Program-made: the position numbers and the translations under genes | Shown: positions 9,715 through 18,384 of the stretch, in pieces | Position numbering within the stretch: the first letter of the stretch is position 1 | Layout: each line of letters opens with the position of its first letter | The notes under the pieces: generated by a model | Told to the model about the DNA's origin: nothing | What the model saw: the letters and a program-made list of their open reading frames with translations, nothing else | Databases searched by the model: none | IMG/VR virus record: IMGVR_UViG_2856626968_000003 | Location: 29,725-93,724 of that record | DNA: 64,000 nt | Reading direction: 5' to 3' (one strand) | Source of the DNA: a virus | Lineage: Duplodnaviria > Caudoviricetes

Positions 9715-10031
9715 CGCGCTCCGGGCCGCCCACCACCGGCACCATCGTCCGATATACCGGTAAGCACGGTCTCAACGCCATTCGCGCCGCGATCGTCACC
9801 GCCGACGTGCGCACCCTCGACCCGCGCGGCGTCGAAGCCGGACAGGTCCCCGCACTGGACTCGGAGTGGCACTTGCACCTGTGGGTCTACACCCCGAGCG
9901 AGGCCCTCGGCGGCGGCTTCGCCGAGTTCAACGTCCCGTTCGGTGACGAGCCAGGCATGTGGCACTGGATGCCCGAGGAGCCGGCGTACAAGGACTGGGA
10001 CAACGAGCCCATGTCCAACCGGGACGTCTGA
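9711..10031 (+). CDS. Hypothetical phage protein
   Basis: AAGGAGG RBS; PT.G.IV.Y...RAAIVT...WHW motif common in small phage proteins. Confidence 0.6.
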   Translation: MTRSGPPTTGTIVRYTGKHGLNAIRAAIVTADVRTLDPRGVEAGQVPALDSEWHLHLWVYTPSEALGGGFAEFNVPFGDEPGMWHWMPEEPAYKDWDNEPMSNRDV

Positions 10032-10042
10032 TAGACACCGCC

Positions 10043-10435
10043 ATGAACCAGACGGACCCCCGAGTAGCGTTCATCGAGGCTCGCCTCGCTGAAGACGAGC
10101 AGGAAGCCCAGCAGGGGTACCTTCTCGTCCCGACGCTCCAGGATGTGAGCAGGCCGAAGAGCGAATGGCCTCGCGTGCCGGGCGCTCATCCAGATCAGCG
10201 CATGCTCCACGAGATCGAAACCAAGCGGCGGATGCTGGCCGAGATGATCCCCATCCTGAACGATCTCGACGAGATCGCTTCCAGCCAGGGCCTGGCACCG
10301 AGCGATCCGAGGCGTCCTGGCGAGTACCTGAGAGAAGACAGCGACCCGGTCGCGTACCTGCTCATGTTGCTCGCCCAGTCGTGGTTCGGCCACGACGACT
10401 ATGCCGCCCTGTTCCCGGGGAGCGTCCATGCCTGA
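10043..10435 (+). CDS. DUF6221-like protein
   Basis: VAFIEARLAEDE...RMLHEIETKRRML...LLMLLAQ...HDDY. Confidence 0.65.
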   Translation: MNQTDPRVAFIEARLAEDEQEAQQGYLLVPTLQDVSRPKSEWPRVPGAHPDQRMLHEIETKRRMLAEMIPILNDLDEIASSQGLAPSDPRRPGEYLREDSDPVAYLLMLLAQSWFGHDDYAALFPGSVHA

Positions 10436-10603
10436 CAACCGCGCGCGCGTAAGCGTGAGATACGCGCCCTGATGGCCGAGACGGGCCTGAAGTACACGCA
10501 GGCGATGCGAGAGCTGGACCGGCGACGAGAAGCGGCGGCACGCGAGCAAGAGGCCGCAGGCCTGTCGTCGCCTCCTCCTCTCTCTGAGGAAACGCCCACC
10601 TGA
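10428..10603 (+). pseudogene. Small gene frameshifted in a (CG)n run (MPDNRARKREIRALMAETGLKYTQAMREL...)
   Basis: Removing 2 nt from the CG repeat at 10440-10449 joins ATG 10428 to the frame ending TGA 10603, giving the common actinomycete K..IRA.MA.TG.KYT.A motif. Confidence 0.5.
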
Positions 10604-10781
10604 GGGTCCTTGCTGCTGTACGGTCTTCTCTCAGACGGCTGGCGGCGGAGTGTCCGGTCATGGTTCTTCGACCGCCAGGCCACAATGGTCCGCGCACGGC
10701 AGGTCAAGAGGCTTTCAACGCAGTCACACTCGCCTGCCGTGCCCGGCCAGGCTCCCCGCTACTCGCTCGCTCCCGGCCTGC

Positions 10782-11051
10782 TCAATCCGCGACACCCTCG
10801 ACGAACCAGCCCCGGGCGCCGCGCTGGACGAGCTCGACCTCGGCGGCCCGCAGCCTGCGCGCCACTACCTGGTAGTGCCGGACTCGCAGCTCCTCCCAGG
10901 GCTTGCTGGCGTTCTCTGGTGTCCACCATGGTTCGCTCTCCTCCCAGTAGAAGAGCACCTCCTCCACCTGGTAGGGGCGGTTCCACGCGACGAACATCAC
11001 CGGGACGCCCTCGGTGAGCCGTACCTTCGCGGGTTCTTGGTAGCGCCGCAT
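10782..11051 (-). CDS. DUF6504-like protein
   Basis: P..F.AW.R.YQVEEVLFYWEESEPWW...W.VEGVAD. Confidence 0.7.
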   Translation of the reverse strand: MRRYQEPAKVRLTEGVPVMFVAWNRPYQVEEVLFYWEESEPWWTPENASKPWEELRVRHYQVVARRLRAAEVELVQRGARGWFVEGVAD

Positions 11052-11193
11052 ACTCGAACACTCTCGAACATCGCTCATGAATGCCAGCAGGCGCCCGGGC
11101 CGGGCTCCCACACGGTGCGTCCGCTGACGCCCGGACCCACCTCGACCCCGGACTGAGCCGGCCTCGCGGCCACCAACCCCCAGGGAGGCCGCC

Positions 11194-12372
11194 GTGACCG
11201 ACTACAACCTCTTCACCGGGAACGGCCCCAACACCTCCGACGCCGACGCCTCAGTAACCGCAGGCGTCGAATGGAAGACGACCCGATCCGACCTTTACCT
11301 CAAGGGCTATCGGGTCTACCGCGGCGCGACCGACGTCGACTGCTCCGACGTCGCCACGTGGGCGCACGACGGCGGCACCATGCTGCCGAACTCCCAGACC
11401 GCATTCACCCCAAGCGGCACTGGCTGGCAGACCGTCACCCTAACCACCCCCTACCCGGCGGTCGCGGCCAATACCCGATACGTCACCGGTGTGCTGTTCA
11501 CGTCGCACTACACCTCCACCAGCGGCTACTGGTCCTCAGGTGCCGGGGCGAGCGGAATCGGGGACGCCAACCTGTCGGCGCCCGGCATCAACGACAGCGC
11601 CGGCGGACAAGGCAAGTACGTCGCGGGCGCGACCCTGGCCAGGCCCGTCACGAACGCGAACGGTCTCAATTTCTGGGTCGAGCCGATCTTGAGCGACAGC
11701 GACGGCTCCGGCGGCGGCGACCCCGGCCCAGACCCCGAAGAGGTCGGCACTGTCGCCGCGCAACTGGTCGGATCGGCGATCGTCGACGCGTTCTCCGGCA
11801 ACATCGACTGGGAGAACGGCACCGTCGTCGCCACCCTCCACACCGCCGAGTGGACCCCGAACCTCGCCACCTTGTCCCGGGTCTCCGATCTGGCCGACGA
11901 GATCCCCAGCGGGCATGGCTACGTCCAGGGCGACGGCGAGCCTGTCGACGGCCGCACCTCGACGTTCGTCCCAGCCGCCAACCTCACCGCGCGCGCCAAC
12001 ACCACGGCGTACGCAGTCGGGGACCTGCGTCGGCCGGCCAGCTCCAACGGCCACGTCTACCGGTGCGTCACCTCCGGCACCTCGGGGTCCAGCGCGCCGA
12101 CCTGGCCCACCACATCCCTGTCCACGGTGACCGACGGCACGGTCACCTGGATGGAGTGCGGCCGCGGCGTCGCGATCCTGGGCTGCGACCTCGTAGCGTT
12201 CGGTGGCATCTCCGGTGAGGCGCTGTACCTGGTGATGTCGGACCGCACCGCGACCGACCCCGCCGACCAGCCGGTCATCCTCGTGGTCCAGTTCGAGAGC
12301 CCGCAGTCCGGGACGACGCAGTTCGATTTCGAGCCCGCCGGCGCCGGGCTGGTGCACTTCCCGGTGTTCTGA
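11194..12372 (+). CDS. Virion structural/adhesion protein: DUF4082-like N-terminal domain plus tail-protein-like domain with an inserted carbohydrate-binding-like motif
   Basis: VTAGVEWKT...GWQTVTL..P...ANTRYV...NFWVEP; W/R-ANTTAYAVGD...VYRCVTSGTSGSSAPTWPT...VTDGTVTW. Confidence 0.65.
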   Translation: MTDYNLFTGNGPNTSDADASVTAGVEWKTTRSDLYLKGYRVYRGATDVDCSDVATWAHDGGTMLPNSQTAFTPSGTGWQTVTLTTPYPAVAANTRYVTGVLFTSHYTSTSGYWSSGAGASGIGDANLSAPGINDSAGGQGKYVAGATLARPVTNANGLNFWVEPILSDSDGSGGGDPGPDPEEVGTVAAQLVGSAIVDAFSGNIDWENGTVVATLHTAEWTPNLATLSRVSDLADEIPSGHGYVQGDGEPVDGRTSTFVPAANLTARANTTAYAVGDLRRPASSNGHVYRCVTSGTSGSSAPTWPTTSLSTVTDGTVTWMECGRGVAILGCDLVAFGGISGEALYLVMSDRTATDPADQPVILVVQFESPQSGTTQFDFEPAGAGLVHFPVF

Positions 12373-13346
12373 TGCCACTCAAGCTGATCACCGGTTCGCG
12401 CCTCGGCCGACTACGGCCGCGATTCCCGACCTCGGCCACCACCGGCCCTGAGGCGTGGCCAGGCTGGACCGGGAGCTACTCGCAGACGATCGAGGGCGAC
12501 GACCTGATCATCCACGAGGGCGGCACCGCGGAGAACCCCCGGGTGATCTCCGGCATCCACATGATCGGCGGCACCATCCACACCGCCCCTGGGGTGCAGC
12601 ACCTGCATATCGTGGGCTGCTGGGTGCAGGGCTGGCAGCCCGGCCTCGGCGGCGTCAACCTCTCCTACGGAGACAACTCCGACTGTCAGATCCGTTACTG
12701 CCGGATCTCGGCGCTGTCGAACGACGACAACACCCCCGAGTCCTACGACAACACCCGGCTCAACTACGGCATCAGGGTGTTCGCCGACGACCTGCTCATC
12801 GAGCGGAACGAGGTCTTCTGGGTGCCCGACGGCATCCAGATCGCGGGATCCCGCAACATCATCCGCGACAACTTCGTTCACGACGTGACGTTCTGGGACG
12901 ACGGCCAGGGCGGCGTAGGGGCTTCGCCCGGTGGCGACCACAACAACTGCCTGCTCCACAACGGCGGCACGGTCACCGACCTGACGATCACCGGCAACGC
13001 CTTCATCCTGAACCGCCGCGGCGCCGGCATGATCCAGACGGGCGCGCTGAGCCTCCAGCAGAGCGTGGAGTTCCCGGGCCAGTACGAACGCGTCGAGGTC
13101 TCCAACAACCTGATCGGCGGCGGCGGGTACGCCATGTACTCGGGTTATGAGCCGGGCAAGGAAGGCAACAGCCCCGGGACCGAGTTCGTGGTCACCAACA
13201 ACCGGTTCCTCACCACCTACTTCCCTGGCGCCGGGAACTTCGGGCCGGCCACGGCCGCGCAGCCCTGGGGCGTGAACGGCAACCTCTGGCAGGGCAACCG
13301 GTGGTCCGGCGGCCTCCGCGACGGCCAGCTGGTGGACGCCCCGTAG
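12372..13346 (+). CDS. Right-handed parallel beta-helix protein, putative depolymerase or tailspike
   Basis: Repeated LLIERNEV, IIRDNFVHD, LTITGN, VEVSNNLI, FVVTNNRF motifs. Confidence 0.7.
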   Translation: MPLKLITGSRLGRLRPRFPTSATTGPEAWPGWTGSYSQTIEGDDLIIHEGGTAENPRVISGIHMIGGTIHTAPGVQHLHIVGCWVQGWQPGLGGVNLSYGDNSDCQIRYCRISALSNDDNTPESYDNTRLNYGIRVFADDLLIERNEVFWVPDGIQIAGSRNIIRDNFVHDVTFWDDGQGGVGASPGGDHNNCLLHNGGTVTDLTITGNAFILNRRGAGMIQTGALSLQQSVEFPGQYERVEVSNNLIGGGGYAMYSGYEPGKEGNSPGTEFVVTNNRFLTTYFPGAGNFGPATAAQPWGVNGNLWQGNRWSGGLRDGQLVDAP

Positions 13347-13359
13347 AGGGGAGCGCGTC

Positions 13360-13845
13360 GTGACCATCATCCGCCAGTCCTCGCCCGCCTTCGCCCTCAC
13401 GATCACCCCGGACGCCGGGCTGGAGACCCAGTCCATCAGCGTCTTCGGCTGGCCCGCGCTGGTCCTGGCGATCGGCCCGCCCGGGTCGCTGACGACGGCC
13501 GGAAGCGACGAAGCCGTCGCCGCGATCATCCGCCAGACCGCGCCTGCGCTCGGCCTGGTGCTCGGCGAGCCCGGTGCCCTGCTGATCGCGGGCGCGCCCG
13601 CGGCCGCCGTCGTGATCCGGCAGAGCAGCCCCGCCTTCGCGCTGGCCCTCGGCGGAGCCGGCACCGTGCTGGCGATCGGCCAGCCGACTGCGCGGGTGGT
13701 CATCCGCCAGTCGACGCCAGCGTTCGCGCTCGCGCTGCCCGGCCCGGCCGGGACGCTCGAGACGGCGAGCCCGCCACCGCTGGACATCAGGATCGTCATC
13801 GGCGCGCCGCGCCGCCGGTGGGCCGCAGGCCGGGTGTGGGCGTGA
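13360..13845 (+). CDS. Repeat protein with four (I/V)IRQ(S/T)xPA(F/L)xL units
   Basis: Internal repeats are visible in the translation; RBS AGGGGAG. Confidence 0.55.
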   Translation: MTIIRQSSPAFALTITPDAGLETQSISVFGWPALVLAIGPPGSLTTAGSDEAVAAIIRQTAPALGLVLGEPGALLIAGAPAAAVVIRQSSPAFALALGGAGTVLAIGQPTARVVIRQSTPAFALALPGPAGTLETASPPPLDIRIVIGAPRRRWAAGRVWA

Positions 13846-13864
13846 GTCGGGGCGGAGGTGCGCC

Positions 13865-14170
13865 GTGCTGCAGAAGCGCATCCCCGCCGGGTCCAAGGAG
13901 TTTCTGCATCTGGACTTCGACGTCGCACCGGGGAACATCACCTCGCTGCCGGTGGAGATGGCGATCACCGTGTACCCACGGGGCCCGGTCGACGCGGACT
14001 GGGCGGACGCCGAGTGGACGCCGAGTGCGGCTCCGCCGGCGTCGCGCCTGCTGATCGGTCCTGGGTCGTCACGGCCGCTGGGGCGCGCGACGTACTGCGT
14101 GTGGGGCCGGGTGACGGCGGCGCCGGAACTGCCGTTGGTCGAGGCGCCGTGGGTGCTCACGATCACCTAG
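13865..14170 (+). CDS. Small Ig-like/BppU-like phage structural protein
   Basis: RLLIGPG...Y.VWGRVTAAPE.P motif common in actinophages; GGAGG RBS. Confidence 0.55.
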   Translation: MLQKRIPAGSKEFLHLDFDVAPGNITSLPVEMAITVYPRGPVDADWADAEWTPSAAPPASRLLIGPGSSRPLGRATYCVWGRVTAAPELPLVEAPWVLTIT

Positions 14171-14261
14171 ACAGGCGGCAAGAACCTCGCGGGCAGCTAG
14201 CACAGGTAGGGAGCCGCGGCGCACCCCAGACAATGAAGCTCTCGTCTCTGAGGAGAAACCT

Positions 14262-14648
14262 GTGACCTATCCAGCCGAATCTCGGGTCGTCTTCGCCAGC
14301 TGGACGCCGCCCGATGTCACCACCCTTGTCAAGATGTACTGGGTGTGCGAGCAGGGACACGACGGCATCGATTATCCGGGCATGCGTACCGTTTGCGATG
14401 GCTGCAAACGGGCGATCGTCGTCCCCACGTCGCCGACCTCCACCGACGTTCATGAGGTCAGCGACGGTGTAGATGCCCTAGATGCCCGACGAGAGCGAGA
14501 CCGCGCCGAGGCGGCCATCAAGCTCGCCGAGCACATGCTCAGCAAGTTCACCGAGGAAGGCGTTCACAACGGAGTCACCTCGTATCCAGCAGGTGGGTCA
14601 GCGCGGGCGGAGTCGAGAACGGGTGGCGGGCGCAGCTCGCGGCGTTGA
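14262..14648 (+). CDS. Hypothetical protein with CxxxH...CxxC
   Basis: AGGAG RBS; lower GC3, moron-like. Confidence 0.4.
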   Translation: MTYPAESRVVFASWTPPDVTTLVKMYWVCEQGHDGIDYPGMRTVCDGCKRAIVVPTSPTSTDVHEVSDGVDALDARRERDRAEAAIKLAEHMLSKFTEEGVHNGVTSYPAGGSARAESRTGGGRSSRR

Positions 14649-14855
14649 AAGGCGCGCCGACGCATTGAGCGATGTCTTTACTTAGGGCGACCGCGGGCAC
14701 TGGGCCCGGATTGCTCGCTCACGCGTGTACGAGTAGCCTCGAGGCCTCACGTTCGTCCTCTGGTGTGGACGAGAGCGGCTCCCTGTTGGCGCGGGGAGCC
14801 GTTCGTTTTGAACGGCCCCGTCGGCTCGTTGTTCAACGGGCTGGCCATGTGAATA

Positions 14856-14880
14856 CGAAAGCCCCGCCGGGGCGGGGCTG
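14856..14880 (-). terminator. Intrinsic terminator for the minus-strand genes
   Basis: AGCCCCGC/GCGGGGCT stem followed by TTTCG on the minus strand, just past the stop at 14893. Confidence 0.7.
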
Positions 14881-14892
14881 ATCAGGGGCGGG

Positions 14893-15171
14893 TCAGTCCT
14901 GGCATTCGCGGCGGTATCCGTACTCGGCCTCGCGGCCGATCGGCGGGCCGCCTCCCCAGCACACCCCGCTGGGCAACATGGTCCCCCGCCCTTGTAGTGC
15001 ACCCAGGACCCGATCGAGTGATGCGGCGAGCTGCAGCGCGGCCTGCTCCTCCAGGTCGAGCTCGGCGGCCGCGCGCCCGTCGGAGGGCGCGGTGCCGTCG
15101 ACGTCGTCCCAGAGGGCCAGGAGCCGCCGGGCACCGGCGGGCGCCGGGAGGTCGCGGGTCGGGTTGTCCAT
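14893..15171 (-). CDS. Hypothetical protein
   Basis: GGAGAAG RBS before the ATG; downstream of the DUF6011 gene. Confidence 0.5.
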   Translation of the reverse strand: MDNPTRDLPAPAGARRLLALWDDVDGTAPSDGRAAAELDLEEQAALQLAASLDRVLGALQGRGTMLPSGVCWGGGPPIGREAEYGYRRECQD

Positions 15172-15185
15172 GATCTTCTCCAGTC

Positions 15186-15533
15186 TCAGGCGGCCGCGAG
15201 GATGGTCAGGGCGGCGCGGTGGTAGCAGGCCCGGTTCTTGATCCCGGCGGGGCAGGTGCATGCCTGGCGGGCGACCAGGTAGGTGGTGTTCCCGTCGCCG
15301 CTCACCGCGGTGTAGAGGTTCGGGCGGCGGGTGCGCAGGATGCCGCCCTGCTCGATGAGCTCGGTGGCCTTGGCGATCTGGGCGGGCTTGAAGTCGGTGA
15401 GGTCGGCGGTCTTGGCGGCGCCGCGGATCTTGGCGGCGCAGCCGGGGCCGTAGCCGGTGGCGATGCTCTTGGCGCTGGTGAGAGCGCGGTGGCAGCGGCG
15501 GCACTTCGCGGGGTCTACGGCGGTGGTGGTCAT
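15186..15533 (-). CDS. DUF6011 Zn-finger plus SWIM-type Zn-finger protein
   Basis: CRRCHRALTSAKSIATGYGPGC and CTCPAG...CYH. Confidence 0.75.
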   Translation of the reverse strand: MTTTAVDPAKCRRCHRALTSAKSIATGYGPGCAAKIRGAAKTADLTDFKPAQIAKATELIEQGGILRTRRPNLYTAVSGDGNTTYLVARQACTCPAGIKNRACYHRAALTILAAA

Positions 15534-15549
15534 TCCCGACTTCCTAACG

Positions 15550-15610
15550 TTGTCCTTACATATGGACGACGTTAGCTCAACCGATAAACATTGTCCATAC
15601 ATACGGACAA
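15550..15610. promoter_or_regulatory. Two palindromic operator-like sites TTGTCC-N8-GGACRA in an AT-rich divergent intergenic region
   Basis: TTGTCC-TTACATAT-GGACGA (15550-15569) and TTGTCC-ATACATAC-GGACAA (15591-15610). Confidence 0.65.
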
Positions 15611-15656
15611 AGAAAAAAGAGGGGGGTCGGCCGGCCCAGACCCCGGCAGGGGGGCC

Positions 15657-18365
15657 ATGACCGCCACCATCTGGGACATCGCCGCCCGCAGGGCCGCCGC
15701 CATCTACGGCACCCCCACCCACCGCTGGACCACCCCCGGCCAGCTCGCCGCCGCGATCGACCCCAGCACGGTCCAGACCGAAGCGCTCGACCTCATCGAC
15801 GAGGCGCTCGTCGACGTCGCCGAAGGCCGCTGCGACCGCCTGATCATCACCGTCCCGCCGCAGGAAGGGAAGTCCACCCGGGTCACCACCGTCGGCCCGC
15901 TGTGGATGCTGACCCGCAACCCCGACCTGCGCATCGCGATCGCCTGCTACGCCCAGGACCTGGCCGATGAGTTCGGCCGCAACATCCGCAACCACATCAC
16001 CAGCAACGACGGCACCGACGGCAGTCTCGACCTCGGCCTGCGCATCGCCCCCGACAACGGCGCCGCGCGCCGCTGGCGCATCGCCGGCCGCCGGGGCGGC
16101 GTCCGCGCCGTCGGCCTCACCGCCGGCCTCACCGGCAAAGCCGCCGAAGCGATCTTCATCGACGACCCGATCGCCGACCTCATCCAGGCCAACTCCACCG
16201 CCTGGCGCGAGGTCGTCTGGGGCTTCTGGACGGCCGTCGCCAACACCCGCCTGGCCCCCGGCGCGCCCGTGGTAGTGATCTTGACTCGCTGGCATGAGGA
16301 CGACCTCGTCGGCCGCCTCCTGGCCGCCGAGGACGCCCACCGCTGGCGCGTGATCAACATCCCCGCGCAGGCCGACCACGACCCGGCCAAGGGCGAGACC
16401 GACCCGCTCGGCCGCGAACCCGGCGAGTACCTCAACTCCGCGCGCGGCCGCACCGTCGAGCAGTGGGAGCAGATCCGCGTCGCTGTCGGCTCCCGGGTCT
16501 GGAACGCCCTCTACCAGGGGCGGCCCACGGCACCCGAGGGCGATCTGTTCGAACGCGGCTGGTGGCGCGAGTACACCTCGCCGCGGTGGATCGTCCGCGA
16601 CGACGGCTCCTACTGGGCGATCAACCCCGACGAGGTCATCCAGTCCTGGGACATGGCCTTCAAGGACACCGACAGCAGCGACTGGGTCGTCGGCCAGGTC
16701 TGGGCCCGGTGGGGCCTGCAGGTCTACCTGCTCGACCAGGTCCGCGAGCGCCTGTCGTTCGTCGAGACCCGCAAAGCCGTCCGCCGCCTGGCCGTCAAGT
16801 GGCCCCAGGCCACACTGAAGCTCGTCGAGGACAAGGCCAACGGCACCGCCGTCATCAACAGCCTGCAGCGCACCGTGGCCGGGCTTATCGCAGAAGAACC
16901 CCACGGCAGCAAGTACGCGCGCGCCGCCGCGATCTCCCCCTTCGTCGAGGCCGGGCAGGTTCTTCTTCCGGCTCCCGAGCTCGCCCCGTGGGTCGGCGAG
17001 TTCATCGACGAATGCGTCATAGGATCGACTGTGATCATTACACGACACGGTCTGATTCCTGCCAGCGAAATCAAAGTCGGCGACGAGGTCCTCACACATC
17101 GCGGACGCTTCCGCCCTGTCACCGCCACGTCCGTACGGGAAGCACCCGAGCTCGTCACAATTCGGGCGAAGACCCTCGACCCGATCACCCTCACCCCGAA
17201 TCACCCGGTATTCGCTATGACCGTGCGCCGTAACGTCGCCGGATTACTGGCGCCCATAGGCAAGGAATGGGTGCCCGCTGGCGAGGTGTCGTGCCGGACA
17301 GCCGTGCTCTCAGCGCGCGGCGAGATCGAACCATCGCACAAGCCCCACCACGCGATGACCTTTCCCGTCTTGGACCCGGACCAGGAGTTGCAGGAGATCG
17401 ATCTACGCGCTTGGTTCGACATAAAGCTCCCCGAGGCCAAGACGGAGGGGCTCGGCAGGAAGACGTATGCCATCGTGGACGACGGCGAGACCATCCGCAT
17501 CAACTCCGCCCGCGCCCAGTCGCTCCGGTATCGCCAAGTGCTTGACCGACGCTTCGGCCGGATCTGCGGTCTCTACCTCGCCGAAGGCAGTTACAGCACC
17601 GGCCGCGTCTTCTGGTCGCTTCACAAGGACGAGACCGAGTTTGCGGAGGAGATCACCTCATTCCTCCGAGAACGCTGGGGGATCAACAGCCACGTCGCCA
17701 GCCTAGGAAAGGCCAACCCGAACTGCATCAACGTGACCGCGAGCCTCAGGCGGATGGAGCGCTTCTTCGCTGAGTTCGGTCGAGGAGCGGCGAACAAGCG
17801 CATCCCGTGGTGGGCTTGGGAGGCACCTGCAGCGTTCATCGAAGGCTTGGTCTCCGGCTGGCTGGATGGCGACGGCCACAAGACGGCACAAGGCTGGAAG
17901 GGGACCACCACGTCCCCCCACCTGGCATGGGGCATCAGGCTCCTGGCAACCCGGCTGGACAAGTGGGCGCTGTTGTCCTGGTCAGAGCCCCGTAAGCCCT
18001 CGTTGATCGGCAAGCACACGGTCACGCCACGCCATGCCACGTTCAGCGTGGACTTACTCGACCGGGAAAAGGCGACTCACGTGTTCGACGGCGAACATGT
18101 CGGCTTGTGGGTGAAGGAGACCGGGCCTGCCGGCAACGGCACCGTCTACAACTTCACCGTCGCCGAAGACGAGTCATACGTGACCACGGGCGGCGCCGTA
18201 CACAACTGCGCGTCCTTCCCCAACGGCCGCCACGACGACCAGGTCGACGGCACGTCTCAAGCGATCAACCGGCTCCTGCTCGCGCCGCTGCTCGCCGGCA
18301 CCCTCATCGTCGGCGACGACGAGTTGGACGAGGAGCTGGACGACTACGAGATCAGCCCGATCTGA
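15657..18365 (+). CDS. terL: Terminase large subunit containing an intein
   Basis: PPQEGKS Walker A, IFIDDP Walker B, TRWHEDDL, SWDMAFK, EDKANG, FPNGRHDDQVD. Confidence 0.95.
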   Translation: MTATIWDIAARRAAAIYGTPTHRWTTPGQLAAAIDPSTVQTEALDLIDEALVDVAEGRCDRLIITVPPQEGKSTRVTTVGPLWMLTRNPDLRIAIACYAQDLADEFGRNIRNHITSNDGTDGSLDLGLRIAPDNGAARRWRIAGRRGGVRAVGLTAGLTGKAAEAIFIDDPIADLIQANSTAWREVVWGFWTAVANTRLAPGAPVVVILTRWHEDDLVGRLLAAEDAHRWRVINIPAQADHDPAKGETDPLGREPGEYLNSARGRTVEQWEQIRVAVGSRVWNALYQGRPTAPEGDLFERGWWREYTSPRWIVRDDGSYWAINPDEVIQSWDMAFKDTDSSDWVVGQVWARWGLQVYLLDQVRERLSFVETRKAVRRLAVKWPQATLKLVEDKANGTAVINSLQRTVAGLIAEEPHGSKYARAAAISPFVEAGQVLLPAPELAPWVGEFIDECVIGSTVIITRHGLIPASEIKVGDEVLTHRGRFRPVTATSVREAPELVTIRAKTLDPITLTPNHPVFAMTVRRNVAGLLAPIGKEWVPAGEVSCRTAVLSARGEIEPSHKPHHAMTFPVLDPDQELQEIDLRAWFDIKLPEAKTEGLGRKTYAIVDDGETIRINSARAQSLRYRQVLDRRFGRICGLYLAEGSYSTGRVFWSLHKDETEFAEEITSFLRERWGINSHVASLGKANPNCINVTASLRRMERFFAEFGRGAANKRIPWWAWEAPAAFIEGLVSGWLDGDGHKTAQGWKGTTTSPHLAWGIRLLATRLDKWALLSWSEPRKPSLIGKHTVTPRHATFSVDLLDREKATHVFDGEHVGLWVKETGPAGNGTVYNFTVAEDESYVTTGGAVHNCASFPNGRHDDQVDGTSQAINRLLLAPLLAGTLIVGDDELDEELDDYEISPI
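17013..18206 (+). mobile_element. Intein (398 aa) with a LAGLIDADG homing endonuclease
   Basis: N-terminal CVIGSTVI...GDEVLTH; GLYLAEG and GWLDGDG LAGLIDADG blocks; C-terminal VYNFTV...AVHN followed by Cys(+1). Confidence 0.93.
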
Positions 18366-18384
18366 CCCGTCGAGGGAGGCCTTC

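Noticed and set aside
11053-11070. CTCGAACA direct repeat upstream of the DUF6504-like gene as a LexA box
   Set aside because: The half-sites are direct, not the TCGAAC-N4-GTTCGA palindrome; it may be regulatory but is not supportable as an SOS box
15534-17204. Long minus-strand ORF extension (672 aa in the track) and other long antisense ORFs such as 18352-20871, 26351-28057, 41419-43662 and 56985-58775
   Set aside because: They are shadow frames of well-supported genes in high-GC DNA; only 15186-15533 of the first has recognisable motifs
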